A stretch of 64,000 nt of DNA from an uncultured Rickettsiales bacterium (GCA_964450945.1 CAYVHI010000002.1:904-64903), one strand, 5' to 3'. Counted from the first letter of the stretch, positions 1-9,947 are shown. Made by a program: numbers and translations. The notes: generated by a model not told the origin, from the letters alone.

Positions 1-148
1 GCTTTGTGCTCTGCGATGAAGTGCCGCTACCTAGATCTCCCTTATCAACAAGCAGAACCTTAAGGCCACGGCCAGCAGCATCCCTGGCGATTCCCGACCC
101 GTTAATGCCGCCGCCTATGATGGCTATATCAAAGATTTCATCCGACAA
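1..148 (-). CDS. glpD: FAD-dependent glycerol-3-phosphate dehydrogenase, N-terminal fragment (gene runs off window start)
   Basis: Own reverse-strand translation from TTG at 148: LSDEIFDIAIIGGGINGSGIARDAAGRGLKVLLVDKGDLGSGTSSQSTK. This is the GlpD-type GGGINGxGIAxDAAGRG FAD-binding N-terminus. AAGGA lies 9 nt upstream. Not in the ORF track because it is truncated. Confidence 0.75.
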   Translation of the reverse strand, partial: MSDEIFDIAIIGGGINGSGIARDAAGRGLKVLLVDKGDLGSGTSSQSTK

Positions 149-171
149 TATGCTATCCTTCTGATATTTTT

Positions 172-209
172 ATTTATAAATCAGAATAGCACTTTTGTCA
201 TTTATAAAT
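172..209. promoter_or_regulatory. Two exact copies of the 10-bp palindrome ATTTATAAAT upstream of glpD
   Basis: ATTTATAAAT occurs at 172-181 and 200-209, 28 bp apart, in the gap between the glpD start and the glbN end. The context is AT-rich, so chance is possible. Confidence 0.2.
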
Positions 210-229
210 ACTGGAATAAGAAAAATATT

Positions 230-595
230 TTACTTGTTAAGCACATCTTTTCTAACTGATTCGGCGATTGCTGCAACCTCACTTATTTCAGAGTCCTTAA
301 CGCCAAGTTCCTTTAATGTACTGCCAAGAAGTTCAACCACTGCATCGAAATGCTTATCGTTTAACCCTTTTTCAACCAGGCGCTTATGAGCATTCCGCAT
401 CCCAACGCCGGAATAATTATTGGGGCCACCAAATGCAACTGTGAGGAAATTTTTCTGATGCCGTGCCTGCTTTTGCATATCAACGCCCTCAAAAAAATGT
501 TTTATGCGTGGATCCGCTAAAACTTTCTTGTAAAAAATATCAACAGCTGCACTTACAGCTTTTTCACCGCCAAGACGTTCATATAAAGTTGCCAT
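230..595 (-). CDS. glbN: Group 1 truncated hemoglobin
   Basis: 121 aa. ERLGG...AVDIFYKKVLADPRIKHFF...FLTVAFGGPNNYSG..MRNAH is the typical trHbN pattern. Confidence 0.85.
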   Translation of the reverse strand: MATLYERLGGEKAVSAAVDIFYKKVLADPRIKHFFEGVDMQKQARHQKNFLTVAFGGPNNYSGVGMRNAHKRLVEKGLNDKHFDAVVELLGSTLKELGVKDSEISEVAAIAESVRKDVLNK

Positions 596-678
596 GATAG
601 TTTCTCCTGTTCATGTTGCCATATTATAAGTAGCAAATTATATATACAATGCAACCTATAATTGTAGTAAGGTTTGGG

Positions 679-1560
679 TTATTTTTTGTTTTTCTTTGCC
701 GGTTCGGCAATTGTTGGGCGGCGCCAGATTACTACAGCAACACCTGCAAGTGTAAGGATACCTCCTATAACAGTTGGCCAGGTTAATTTCTCACTCAGGA
801 AAATTATGGCTGAAATGATGCCCATCACCGGCACCATGAGAGTATAAGGGGCTATCTGGCTTATTTCATATTTACGCAGAATCATATACCAGAGTGATTG
901 CGACAGGATGGTTGATATTGAAACCAGATAGATCATGCCGATGAAGACATTAAATGGAATATCCGGCATATGATTAAGAGGCAGAGATTCAAATGTAAGG
1001 CTGATAATAAATAATATTGGTGTTGAAATTATTGATATCCAACCCATCAATGTGAAATATTCGATTGCAGGTATAAGTTTAACTAAGGTGTTGTAAACAG
1101 CCCAGCCAAGCGCCCCCCCCAGTGCCGCAAGGAATGCCCAGTAGTTGCCGAGCACATTCGGCGCACCAACGATAATCAGAGTGCCTATTATTGAAAGCGA
1201 TATACCTGTTATGCTTCGCCAGTGAATTATTTCCCTTAAGAATATAACGCTCAATATCAGCGCAAGTGGTACACGCATCTGTCCGGCAATTACCGATACG
1301 GAAGCATCAAGCCCCATGCGGAGAGAAAGGTAAATCAAACCTGCATGCAGGATAGAGAATGTAAGTGCTACGGCGATTAGTTTTTTAATCGGTATGGAAG
1401 GCTTTTTAAGGAATGGGATGAGCAATACACCAGCAATACCAAAGCGCAGGGTAAGGAGAAAGAATGGAGGAAAATGCGCAAGCACTATTTTTGCTACGAC
1501 AAAATCCAATCCCCATATCATCACAACCAAAAGAGCCTGCAGACGGTGATGAAGAGACAT
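679..1560 (-). CDS. EamA/DMT family transporter
   Basis: 293 aa polytopic membrane protein with about 10 hydrophobic segments and a duplicated EamA-like architecture. Confidence 0.8.
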   Translation of the reverse strand: MSLHHRLQALLVVMIWGLDFVVAKIVLAHFPPFFLLTLRFGIAGVLLIPFLKKPSIPIKKLIAVALTFSILHAGLIYLSLRMGLDASVSVIAGQMRVPLALILSVIFLREIIHWRSITGISLSIIGTLIIVGAPNVLGNYWAFLAALGGALGWAVYNTLVKLIPAIEYFTLMGWISIISTPILFIISLTFESLPLNHMPDIPFNVFIGMIYLVSISTILSQSLWYMILRKYEISQIAPYTLMVPVMGIISAIIFLSEKLTWPTVIGGILTLAGVAVVIWRRPTIAEPAKKNKK

Positions 1561-1565
1561 AAATT

Positions 1566-2657
1566 CTATGAATGTTCGGTTTTCTTAAATGTAGTTAAAT
1601 TTTCGGTAATTGTAGTACAGATGTTTTTAAAAGTCTTTGAAATTATGTGATCAGGTGCTGCAATGCTGATTGGTTTGCCGCTATCAGATGTTTCGGTAAC
1701 CCGGCTATCAAGCGGAATCTGGCCAAGTAGCGGGGCCCCAATGGCATCCGCAAGGTTTTTTGCGCCACCGCTACCGAATATATAATGTTTCTTGCCACTA
1801 TCCGGGTCTTCGAAGAAGCTCATGTTCTCAATAACTCCCAAAATAGGAATGTTAACTTTGCCAAGCATGTTTATAAATTTCTTTACGTCTAAGATGGCTA
1901 TATCCTGAGATGTTGTAACCGCCACGGCACCCCTTACATTGAAATTCTGGGCGATGCTTAAGTGGATATCCCCGGTTCCCGGCGGTAGATCTATTACCAG
2001 AAAATCCAACTCTCCCCAGGTTGCTCCACGCAGCAATTGATAAAGTGCCTTTGAAATCATTGGCCCACGCCATACTACGGGGGCATTCTCATCAAGCAGG
2101 AAGCCCATGGACATGCACTTCACGCCATGGTTCTCCGGTGGAACTATCTGGTTATTCTTTACTTGAGGATCATGTTTACTGATATTCATCATACGTGCAA
2201 CAGATGGGCCATAAATATCAGCATCAACCAACCCAGTCCGGTACCCAAGCAGAGCAAAGGTAGTGGCAAGGTTTGCTGCTATGGTTGATTTTCCAACTCC
2301 ACCCTTCCCTGAGCCTACGATAATAACATTCTTTATACCCGCAATAGGTGAGGGTGAGGGTGGCGATGGAACGTTTTTCTTGTCCACATCCGCAGATTTT
2401 TTTGTTTCGGCCGTTAAAACAACGGTTACCTTCTTCACACCATCTATCTTTGTTAATGCCTGTTCACATTGTTTGCGGATATTTTCGGCTTTTTCCTTTT
2501 CCATATCCCGCATTTCCAAAGCAAAACCAACGCTCCCATCCTTTATTATAATGGATGAGACCATGCCTGCATCTACAATACTCTGATTTTTTTCCGGCAA
2601 GTATATGGATGCAAGTACTTGAATAACAAATTCTTTTGTAATTTTTGACATATTCAA
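1566..2657 (-). CDS. apbC: Mrp/ApbC-type Fe-S cluster carrier ATPase
   Basis: 363 aa. N-terminal DUF59-like part, deviant Walker A GSGKGGVGKST, and the DADIYGPS motif. Confidence 0.9.
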   Translation of the reverse strand: MNMSKITKEFVIQVLASIYLPEKNQSIVDAGMVSSIIIKDGSVGFALEMRDMEKEKAENIRKQCEQALTKIDGVKKVTVVLTAETKKSADVDKKNVPSPPSPSPIAGIKNVIIVGSGKGGVGKSTIAANLATTFALLGYRTGLVDADIYGPSVARMMNISKHDPQVKNNQIVPPENHGVKCMSMGFLLDENAPVVWRGPMISKALYQLLRGATWGELDFLVIDLPPGTGDIHLSIAQNFNVRGAVAVTTSQDIAILDVKKFINMLGKVNIPILGVIENMSFFEDPDSGKKHYIFGSGGAKNLADAIGAPLLGQIPLDSRVTETSDSGKPISIAAPDHIISKTFKNICTTITENLTTFKKTEHS

Positions 2658-2732
2658 AAAAAGTCTATATAGCTTATAGTCCTTTTTTTATCGTACAAAA
2701 TGATTAACTGCAAGGAAATCTAAGGAATTAAA

Positions 2733-3860
2733 ATGGCTTGGGGTGATAAAAACAATCAAGGCCCATGGGGTAAATCTCCGCCTCCGGAAGATGGTGGCGG
2801 CAGAAGGCCTAGTAATGATGATAGGGCTGACCTTGAGGAACAGATAAAAAAACTAAAAGATGGGTTCTATAAGTATTTTCGTAGTGGCAGCGGCGGTCCA
2901 GTTAATAATTTCAAGGCACTGACCATAGCTGCCATAGTATTTTTTGTACTATGGCTGGCCAATGGTTTCTATAAAGTGGATCCGGATGAGCAAGCTGTTA
3001 TTCTGCGTTTCGGTAAATTTAATCGTATGGCTGATTCCGGCTTAAACTACCACCTGCCTTCCCCGATAGAATCAGTAATCATTGAAAAGGTTACACGCGT
3101 GAACCGGATTGAGGTTGGCTTCCGTTCAAATGTTTTCACCCGCGGAAGAAGTTCTGAATCAGGACAGAATATACTGGAAGAAAGCCTCATGCTTACCGGC
3201 GATGAAAATATAGTGGATATAAACTTTGAAGTGCAATGGCGTGTATCTGACATCAAGGATTATGTGTTTAATATCAGGGATCAGGAATTGACCATTAAAG
3301 CGGTTGCAGAAAGCTCAATGCGTGAAATCATTGGTAAAACCCCAATTGCTTCCGCACTGGCTGAAGGTCGCTTGCAGATTGAACTTGAAACGCAGAAGCT
3401 TCTACAAAACATTCTTGATTCATATAAATCTGGTGTCCAAATTGTAACGCTTAAGATGTTGAAAGTTGATCCGCCGGGGGCAGTTATTGATGCTTTCCGA
3501 GACGTACAGACTGCAAGGGCTGATAAGGAACGCCTGGAGAATGAGGCGGAATCATACCATAACGACATTGTTCCAAGAGCAAGAGGGGAAGCCGAAAGAA
3601 TAGTCCAGGAAGCTGAAGGTTATAAAAAGGAAGTTGTAGCAAGGGCGCAAGGTGAAGCAAGCCGGTTTATTGCTGTTTATGAAAAATATATAAATGCGCG
3701 TGATGTTACCAAAAGGCGTATGTACCTTGAAACAATGGAAGACATACTACGCGGTACAAATAAGATAATAATGGATAATGGCGGGACAAAGGGAAGCGGT
3801 GTTGTTCCATATCTTCCGCTTAACGAACTTAATAAAAAATCTCCAGTGGTGACACAATAA
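2733..3860 (+). CDS. hflK: FtsH protease modulator HflK
   Basis: 375 aa. Gly/Pro-rich N-terminus, single TM and SPFH/band-7 domain. Directly followed by hflC. Confidence 0.9.
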   Translation: MAWGDKNNQGPWGKSPPPEDGGGRRPSNDDRADLEEQIKKLKDGFYKYFRSGSGGPVNNFKALTIAAIVFFVLWLANGFYKVDPDEQAVILRFGKFNRMADSGLNYHLPSPIESVIIEKVTRVNRIEVGFRSNVFTRGRSSESGQNILEESLMLTGDENIVDINFEVQWRVSDIKDYVFNIRDQELTIKAVAESSMREIIGKTPIASALAEGRLQIELETQKLLQNILDSYKSGVQIVTLKMLKVDPPGAVIDAFRDVQTARADKERLENEAESYHNDIVPRARGEAERIVQEAEGYKKEVVARAQGEASRFIAVYEKYINARDVTKRRMYLETMEDILRGTNKIIMDNGGTKGSGVVPYLPLNELNKKSPVVTQ

Positions 3861-3861
3861 T

Positions 3862-4710
3862 ATGGAAAACAAACCTCAATATATAATATCCATCGTCATT
3901 CTGGTGCTTTTACTGCTAAACTCTTTCTTCGTTCTTGAACAAAGGCAGCAGGCGCTGGTAGTACAGTTTGGTGAAGTAAAAAAGGTTATCAAAACCCCGG
4001 GATTAAAATTCAAGATGCCGATAATTCAGGATGTAGTTATTTTTGATAACCGCATCCTTGACCTGAACGCTGACCCAAGGGAATTGATTGCAGCAGACCA
4101 GAAACGTTTGATAGTTGATGCTTTTGCAAAATATCAGATTGTTGATCCCTTAAAATTCTACCAGACGGTTAGGGATGAAATAGGTGTAAGGAACCGACTC
4201 AACTCAATCCTTGATTCATCGCTGCGCCAGGTTCTTGGCAGTGTTCCGCTCAACACCCTACTTACCAGTGAGCGCGTTAGGATAATGAGAAATATTACAA
4301 ACATTGTTGACATGCAAACATCATCTTTTGGCATAAAGGTCGTTGATGTAAGGATAATGCGTGCTGACTTGCCGAAGGAAAACAGTGAAGCTATTTACCG
4401 CCGTATGCAGACAGAGCGTGAAAAAGAAGCAAAGCAGTTGCGTGCACAGGGTGAAGAACGTGCACAGGGTATTCGCTCAAGAGCAGAAAAGGATAGAGTG
4501 ATTATTATAGCTGAAGCTCGCAAAAAATCTCAGATAATGCGAGGTGAAGGAGATGGAGAGGCAGCAAAAATATTCGCTGATGCTTTCAACCGAGACCCAG
4601 AATTCTCAAATTTCTACAGGTCAATGCAAGCTTACCGTGAAACCTTAAAAAAGGACGATACCACAATCCTCCTGTCTCCAGACAAAGGGTTCCTAAAATA
4701 CTTTGAATAG
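3862..4710 (+). CDS. hflC: FtsH protease modulator HflC
   Basis: 282 aa with N-terminal TM and SPFH domain. Conserved hflK-hflC-degP order. Confidence 0.9.
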   Translation: MENKPQYIISIVILVLLLLNSFFVLEQRQQALVVQFGEVKKVIKTPGLKFKMPIIQDVVIFDNRILDLNADPRELIAADQKRLIVDAFAKYQIVDPLKFYQTVRDEIGVRNRLNSILDSSLRQVLGSVPLNTLLTSERVRIMRNITNIVDMQTSSFGIKVVDVRIMRADLPKENSEAIYRRMQTEREKEAKQLRAQGEERAQGIRSRAEKDRVIIIAEARKKSQIMRGEGDGEAAKIFADAFNRDPEFSNFYRSMQAYRETLKKDDTTILLSPDKGFLKYFE

Positions 4711-4730
4711 GTATATGGAAAGATAGTTTT

Positions 4731-6185
4731 ATGAAAAAGATATTTTCTTTATTGATAATTTTAGTTTTGCAGATGAATCAGGCGAGAGCGCAAGCCCCGG
4801 AAGGTTTTGGTGAACTTGCAGAAAAGCTTACTCCTGCAGTCGTAAACATTTATACCAGCCAGGTGATAAAAGAGAAATCTATTGATATTCCAGGCGTTGC
4901 GCCATTTGATAGCCTCCCGCCAGGACACCCATTGGAAGAATTCAATGAGCTTTTTAATGAATTATATAAACGCCGCGGTGGTGAAAACGGTTACATGGAA
5001 CGCGATGTAGTCTCACTTGGTTCAGGTTTTGTAATATCAGAAGATGGCACTATAGTTACTAACTACCATGTAGTGGCGGATGCATCAGAAATCAATGTTG
5101 CATTCCCTGATGATACAAAATTCAAGGCTGAAGTTATAGGCAAAGACCAGAAAACTGATCTTGCAGTATTAAAGATAAAGACTGATAAGAAACTTAATTA
5201 TGTAACATTCGGTGATTCAGATAATGCAAAAGTAGGCGACTGGGTTATTGCGGTTGGCAATCCGTTTGGCCTTGGCGGCACAGTTACTGCTGGCATAATT
5301 TCTGCGCGCGCGCGCGATATAAACGCTGGTCCGTTCGATGATTTCATACAGACAGATGCAGCAATTAATCGCGGTAATTCCGGTGGCCCAATGTTTAATA
5401 TGAAAGGTGAAGTAATAGGGATAAACACGGCAATATTTTCGCCTTCTGGTGGCAGTGTAGGGATTGGATTTGCAGTACCTTCTAACCTTGCAGAGCCAAT
5501 AATTAATCAGTTAATTAAAGATGGAAAGATTGAACGTGGCTGGCTGGGTGTGAAGATACAGACAGTAAGTGATGAAATTGCTGAAAGCCTTGGCCTTGAT
5601 AAAGCTAAAGGTGCTTTAGTTGTAGAGGTTACAAAGGATAGCCCAGCCGATGAAGCTGGCATTTTACCAGGCGATATAATTATTGAATATGATGGTAAGG
5701 AAGTTAATACAATGAAGAAGCTTCCACGCTTTGTTGCAGAAACAAAGATAGGAAATAAAGTGAAAGTTGTAGTATGGAGAGACGGCAAGAGAGTTGAGGT
5801 TATTTCAAAGATAGAGGAATTAAAAGAAGAGAAAGTAAAAAAGACAGAAAGGAAACCTTTAGAAGAAAAAGAAGAAGCACCTGATTCAGAAGATATACTT
5901 GGCCTGAAGGTAACAGCGCTAACTTCATCACTGCGTGATCGTTATAAGGTTCCTTCTGATATAGATGGATTGCTTGTTGTTGAAGTAAGTAAATCAAGTG
6001 GAAAGGTAGCAAGGGTAATTCGTGCTGGTGATATAATATTGCAAGCCAACCAGAAGAAGGTGACAACACCGAGAGAGCTTGAAATGTCTGTAAAAGAAAT
6101 CAAGGCACAAAACAGGAAAGCTTTGCTTCTCCAGCTTTACCGCAATGGCGATAGTATTTTCTTTGCAATACCGGTAGAGGATTAG
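4731..6185 (+). CDS. degP: Periplasmic serine endoprotease DegP/HtrA family (two PDZ domains)
   Basis: 484 aa. Signal peptide, TNYHVV (His), DLAVLK (Asp), GNSGGP (Ser), and two PDZ-like C-terminal regions. Confidence 0.9.
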   Translation: MKKIFSLLIILVLQMNQARAQAPEGFGELAEKLTPAVVNIYTSQVIKEKSIDIPGVAPFDSLPPGHPLEEFNELFNELYKRRGGENGYMERDVVSLGSGFVISEDGTIVTNYHVVADASEINVAFPDDTKFKAEVIGKDQKTDLAVLKIKTDKKLNYVTFGDSDNAKVGDWVIAVGNPFGLGGTVTAGIISARARDINAGPFDDFIQTDAAINRGNSGGPMFNMKGEVIGINTAIFSPSGGSVGIGFAVPSNLAEPIINQLIKDGKIERGWLGVKIQTVSDEIAESLGLDKAKGALVVEVTKDSPADEAGILPGDIIIEYDGKEVNTMKKLPRFVAETKIGNKVKVVVWRDGKRVEVISKIEELKEEKVKKTERKPLEEKEEAPDSEDILGLKVTALTSSLRDRYKVPSDIDGLLVVEVSKSSGKVARVIRAGDIILQANQKKVTTPRELEMSVKEIKAQNRKALLLQLYRNGDSIFFAIPVED

Positions 6186-6212
6186 AGGCTTTCTAGTTTT
6201 GTATAGAAGATT

Positions 6213-6551
6213 TTAAATATCTGTTGCTAAATATTCGACATAAAAATCTTCCATCTCTAGCTTCAAATTCAAATACTGCTGCAATTGCAAGCAACTATCT
6301 GAACATTCATCAACACCTACTGGGCTTTCATCAGCTATACGCTGTTCATCACTCACCTCTTCCTTTACTTCTGCAATCAGGTGATCAATAACTTTATTGC
6401 AGTTTTTGGCATTAGATGACGGGTAAAGGAAAAGGCAACTTACCAATTCCCTAGCATTTTCCTCTAGCAATTGATTGTTTTTGATTAAATTATGATACTT
6501 CAGATTAATTTTATTAAGCATTGTTGTGCTTATAGATGTGTTACGAAACAT
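6213..6551 (-). CDS. Hypothetical small acidic protein
   Basis: 112-aa ORF 9 nt downstream of the GIY-YIG-like gene in a very AT-rich segment. I recognise no family motif. Confidence 0.45.
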   Translation of the reverse strand: MFRNTSISTTMLNKINLKYHNLIKNNQLLEENARELVSCLFLYPSSNAKNCNKVIDHLIAEVKEEVSDEQRIADESPVGVDECSDSCLQLQQYLNLKLEMEDFYVEYLATDI

Positions 6552-6560
6552 AAAAACTCC

Positions 6561-6944
6561 TTAAAATGAATCTTTCATGATGAAGCTTGGGCCAACTTTG
6601 AAAGCATATGAATATTGATAGTTTTGTTGATATTTATTGTTAGCAGAGGGGCGCTGCATGGTAACCAAATCTTCTACTTCCATTAATCTTTGCCCTCTAG
6701 AATGGTTTGCATGAACGTGAACGTGGGTTGTCGTATTTTTAGAATTTTTACCTATATCATGATTAAGCAATTCTTCACTTAGATCTTCTGTTTGACCAAT
6801 ATATAATGCAATCCAAAAGCCATTTTCTAATGTAGTTAGTATGTAATTTCCTGGCGCTTTTATTAATTTCCCCCCCATCTTATATGAAAAATATGAATAT
6901 TCTTTTCCAGATTGGCCAGGCCATTTAAAAATATTGTTTAACAT
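6561..6944 (-). CDS. Stand-alone GIY-YIG-like domain protein
   Basis: 127 aa. GNYIL-x13-YIGQTEDL..LLNH, then HVHVHANH..RLMEVEDLVTMQRPSAN, aligns by eye to the UvrC N-terminal GIY-YIG (GVYRM..YVGKAKDLKKRL...[21 protein letters not shown]). The conserved Arg position reads Glu. Confidence 0.55.
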   Translation of the reverse strand: MLNNIFKWPGQSGKEYSYFSYKMGGKLIKAPGNYILTTLENGFWIALYIGQTEDLSEELLNHDIGKNSKNTTTHVHVHANHSRGQRLMEVEDLVTMQRPSANNKYQQNYQYSYAFKVGPSFIMKDSF

Positions 6945-7235
6945 GACTTATTCTCCTTTACAATTTTGTTGAAAGGGAGCCATTACTATAAGAAGCAGAT
7001 GTGGATTAGGTGATCCGTATGACTTTCCTTTATTGATTGCGGATCAGATTTCAAAGAACTTAAGAATTATTATAATAGGCAGTTCTTTTACTTCATACAT
7101 TATGCTTCAACTATATACCTTTAAAACATTAATACTCTATAATTCGTAAAATTTAATACTTAGGAATTACAGAGCATTGTGTATTTGCAGAAGGAAACCT
7201 GTGTTAATTCAGCAACTGTTATGCTTAGTTGTATT

Positions 7236-8003
7236 CTAGATAAGCGAGATGACCGAAAGCTGGCAGCCATATTGTTTTATATTGCTAAGGCTGTTCCTGC
7301 GGTAGCTGAAGAAATTGTTTTTTTCTTTAAGGGTATCTCTTCTGGTAAGGCTGATTGCACCAATTCCTATTTTATTCAGCTTATGTTCTATGTAGCCTGG
7401 AAGATCAAAAAGATAATGACCTGCACGTTTTGATTTTTTAAAAAATTCCTTATTGTTAACTGATTCTTTTATAAAGTTATCATAAAATTCTGGGCCAACT
7501 TCATAAGAACTTTCCCCTATGCATGGGCCTACAGATGCAACTATGCTATCAAGTGAAGCGCCAAGCCTTTGCATTGCCGCAGTTGTTTTTTCCAGTATGC
7601 CATATCTTGCTCCTCTCCAGCCTGAATGACAGGCTCCAATGATTTTTTTGTTCTTATCGGCAAACAAAACCGGCGCACAGTCGGCAGTAAGAATTCCAAG
7701 GGTAATGTTTTCTCTGTCTGTAACCAACCCATCTGCTTCCGGCGATAATCCAGGTTCATATGGGTCAATAATTGAAAGAGCTATATCACTGTGGATTTGT
7801 TTTAGCGTGCATAAAGAATCTGGCTTTAGCCCAAGTTTTTTCATTGCAGCTTCGCGGTTTTTCTTTACTACCTCATCTTCATCACCGCCACGGAAATTGC
7901 AGTTAAGGGAAGCAAAAACATCCTTGCTTACACCACCATTTTTAGTAAAGAAGGCATGTTTTACGTGAGTTAATTTTTCCAGTGATGGATCGCTTATAAA
8001 CAT
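7236..8003 (-). CDS. pgeF: Peptidoglycan editing factor PgeF (YfiH/DUF152, laccase-domain protein)
   Basis: 255 aa. Contains TADCAPV and CHSGWRG motifs. Confidence 0.85.
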   Translation of the reverse strand: MFISDPSLEKLTHVKHAFFTKNGGVSKDVFASLNCNFRGGDEDEVVKKNREAAMKKLGLKPDSLCTLKQIHSDIALSIIDPYEPGLSPEADGLVTDRENITLGILTADCAPVLFADKNKKIIGACHSGWRGARYGILEKTTAAMQRLGASLDSIVASVGPCIGESSYEVGPEFYDNFIKESVNNKEFFKKSKRAGHYLFDLPGYIEHKLNKIGIGAISLTRRDTLKEKNNFFSYRRNSLSNIKQYGCQLSVISLI

Positions 8004-8422
8004 TACACTTCCTTCTTTCTTATATGTGTATTAATGGCAACTTCATCAAGAATTATCTGTTCTTGACGGTTTTCTTCTTTTTCCTGTTCTTTTTCTTTTA
8101 TATCACTGATTATTTCATAGCGTTTCACTTCACCGAACAGGTTAAAGATTTCATCTGAAATCGCTTCTATCTTTTGATCCTGTTGTTTTATTACTGAAAT
8201 AATCTTTTCTTCCTTTTTGGTCGCACGCTGGAAGTATGGAGCATATGAAAAAGATGCTTCAAAGGAACTGCCGGCAAGGTTCTTTTCTTCGTTCATCTCG
8301 GCGCGCTGTTTGAGAAGAATTTCTTCAACTTCATCGCGGAATTCTTGTTCTTTTACCAGCTCAATCCTTTTTTCATCCAATATGCGGCGATATAGTTTTA
8401 TAAGTGTTTTTATGGATTTCAC
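8003..8422 (-). CDS. fliJ: Flagellar export chaperone FliJ-like coiled-coil protein
   Basis: 139-aa charged coiled-coil protein immediately downstream of fliI, the canonical position. The sequence itself is low-complexity. Confidence 0.55.
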   Translation of the reverse strand: MKSIKTLIKLYRRILDEKRIELVKEQEFRDEVEEILLKQRAEMNEEKNLAGSSFEASFSYAPYFQRATKKEEKIISVIKQQDQKIEAISDEIFNLFGEVKRYEIISDIKEKEQEKEENRQEQIILDEVAINTHIRKKEV

Positions 8423-8425
8423 CCT

Positions 8426-9754
8426 TTAAAACTCCATACCTAAAATTTCAGCAAGTTTTTTATATCCGCTTTGTAAATCTGCAACTTCCTTTATATCCTG
8501 GCTCATAAAATTTTCTAAGGCCGGATAATATTTTATCGCTTCATCTACTTCCGGATCAGAGCCTTTCTTATATGCACCGAGCCTTATCAGCTCCGCCATG
8601 TTATCATATGTTGAAAGTAGACTCTTTGCCTTTGCCACAATTTTATTTTCTTCGGGCTTGTTACAGTTTGGCATTGTCCTTGAAATACTTTTTAGGATAT
8701 TCACTGCAGGGAAACGGCCGCGTTCTGCAATCACCCTATCCAGCACGATATGTCCATCAAGAATACCGCGTGTCGCATCTGCAATCGGTTCGTTATGATC
8801 ATCACCTTCGACGAGCACGCTGAATAAACCTGTTATAGATCCTTCGCCTGTTCCAGGGCCTGCGCGCTCCAATAATTTTGGCAACTCTGCAAAAACTGTC
8901 GGCGTATAACCTTTGCTTGCCGGAGGCTCGCCAATGGAAAGACCAATCTCACGCTGGGCCGTTGCAAAACGTGTGATACTATCTATCAGGCATAAAACAC
9001 TTTTTCCCTGATCACGAAAATATTCTGCCGTAGTAAGGGTAAGATATGCTGCCTGTTTACGCATCAATGCTGATTCATCTGAAGTGGCAACTATAACGAT
9101 TGATTGTTTTAAACCTTCTTCGCCCAGGTAATCACGGATGAATTCATTAACCTCTCTTCCGCGTTCCCCGATCAGGCCGATTATCTTTACATCCGCTTTT
9201 GAATATCTTGCCATCATGGAAATAAGAACTGATTTGCCAACACCGGAACCGGAAAAAATTCCCATACGCTGTCCATAACAGCAGGTGAGAAAAGTGTTGA
9301 TGGCGCGTACACCCAAATCCATTTTTCCCCCGACAGCCCTTCTTGAACTGGCAATAGGTGGTTTGTTTTTTAAGCTATATGGTTTATTGCCTTTCGGAAT
9401 TATACCCTTTTCATCTATTGGGTCGCCGAAAGCGTTAATGATTCTTCCTACCCATTCGTTATGTGGGTAAACAACCGGCTCAGTATTACCAACTAATACT
9501 TGGCAGCCGACACCAATACCCTCTAGTTCCTGGAATGGCATAAGCATGGTATGGTCTTCCCTGAACCCTACAACTTCACATGAAATTTCCTTCTGGTTTC
9601 TTGCTATTATTTTACAGCGCGAACCAACACTCACTACATGGTTAATCCCTGAACATTCTATAAGCAGTCCTTTGATGGAAGAGACCCTGCCGAATACCTT
9701 AACATCACTTATCCTATTGATTTCACTAATTAAACTGTCGACATGGCTGTTCAT
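8426..9754 (-). CDS. fliI: Flagellum-specific ATP synthase FliI
   Basis: 442 aa. Walker A GSGVGKS, a LIDSITRFA-type Walker B region, and an F1/T3SS ATPase fold. Confidence 0.92.
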   Translation of the reverse strand: MNSHVDSLISEINRISDVKVFGRVSSIKGLLIECSGINHVVSVGSRCKIIARNQKEISCEVVGFREDHTMLMPFQELEGIGVGCQVLVGNTEPVVYPHNEWVGRIINAFGDPIDEKGIIPKGNKPYSLKNKPPIASSRRAVGGKMDLGVRAINTFLTCCYGQRMGIFSGSGVGKSVLISMMARYSKADVKIIGLIGERGREVNEFIRDYLGEEGLKQSIVIVATSDESALMRKQAAYLTLTTAEYFRDQGKSVLCLIDSITRFATAQREIGLSIGEPPASKGYTPTVFAELPKLLERAGPGTGEGSITGLFSVLVEGDDHNEPIADATRGILDGHIVLDRVIAERGRFPAVNILKSISRTMPNCNKPEENKIVAKAKSLLSTYDNMAELIRLGAYKKGSDPEVDEAIKYYPALENFMSQDIKEVADLQSGYKKLAEILGMEF

Positions 9755-9852
9755 TAGATCTGGTTATCCATACAATTTTGTTAAAATGTCAGCTATTATA
9801 ATATGTTAGAATAGGAAATTTTAGTTGAAATTGGTACAAAATTATATATTAA

Positions 9853-9878
9853 TTAATAAATAGTTAAAAAAAAGTTAA
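9853..9878. promoter_or_regulatory. Candidate CtrA boxes: three TTAA half-sites phased at 11 bp (TTAA-N7-TTAA-N7-TTAA)
   Basis: TTAA at 9853-9856, 9864-9867 and 9875-9878 in the divergent fliI/ctrA intergenic region, 70-95 nt upstream of the ctrA ATG. Matches the Caulobacter TTAA-N7-TTAA consensus. Confidence 0.4.
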
Positions 9879-9947
9879 ATTTCTAGCCAATAAAATTAAT
9901 TAATTAACTTTTCAAATAAATCATTCTTTTAAGGGGGAGGATTTTTT

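Noticed and set aside
5304-5316. (GC)6.5 dinucleotide run inside degP as a possible slippage or phase-variation tract.
   Set aside because: It is in frame (encoding ARAR) within a conserved part of the protease and is short. A single sequence gives no evidence of length variation.
7179-7433. 84-aa plus-strand ORF at the pgeF 3' end.
   Set aside because: It mostly overlaps pgeF antisense and has no motifs, so it is likely spurious.
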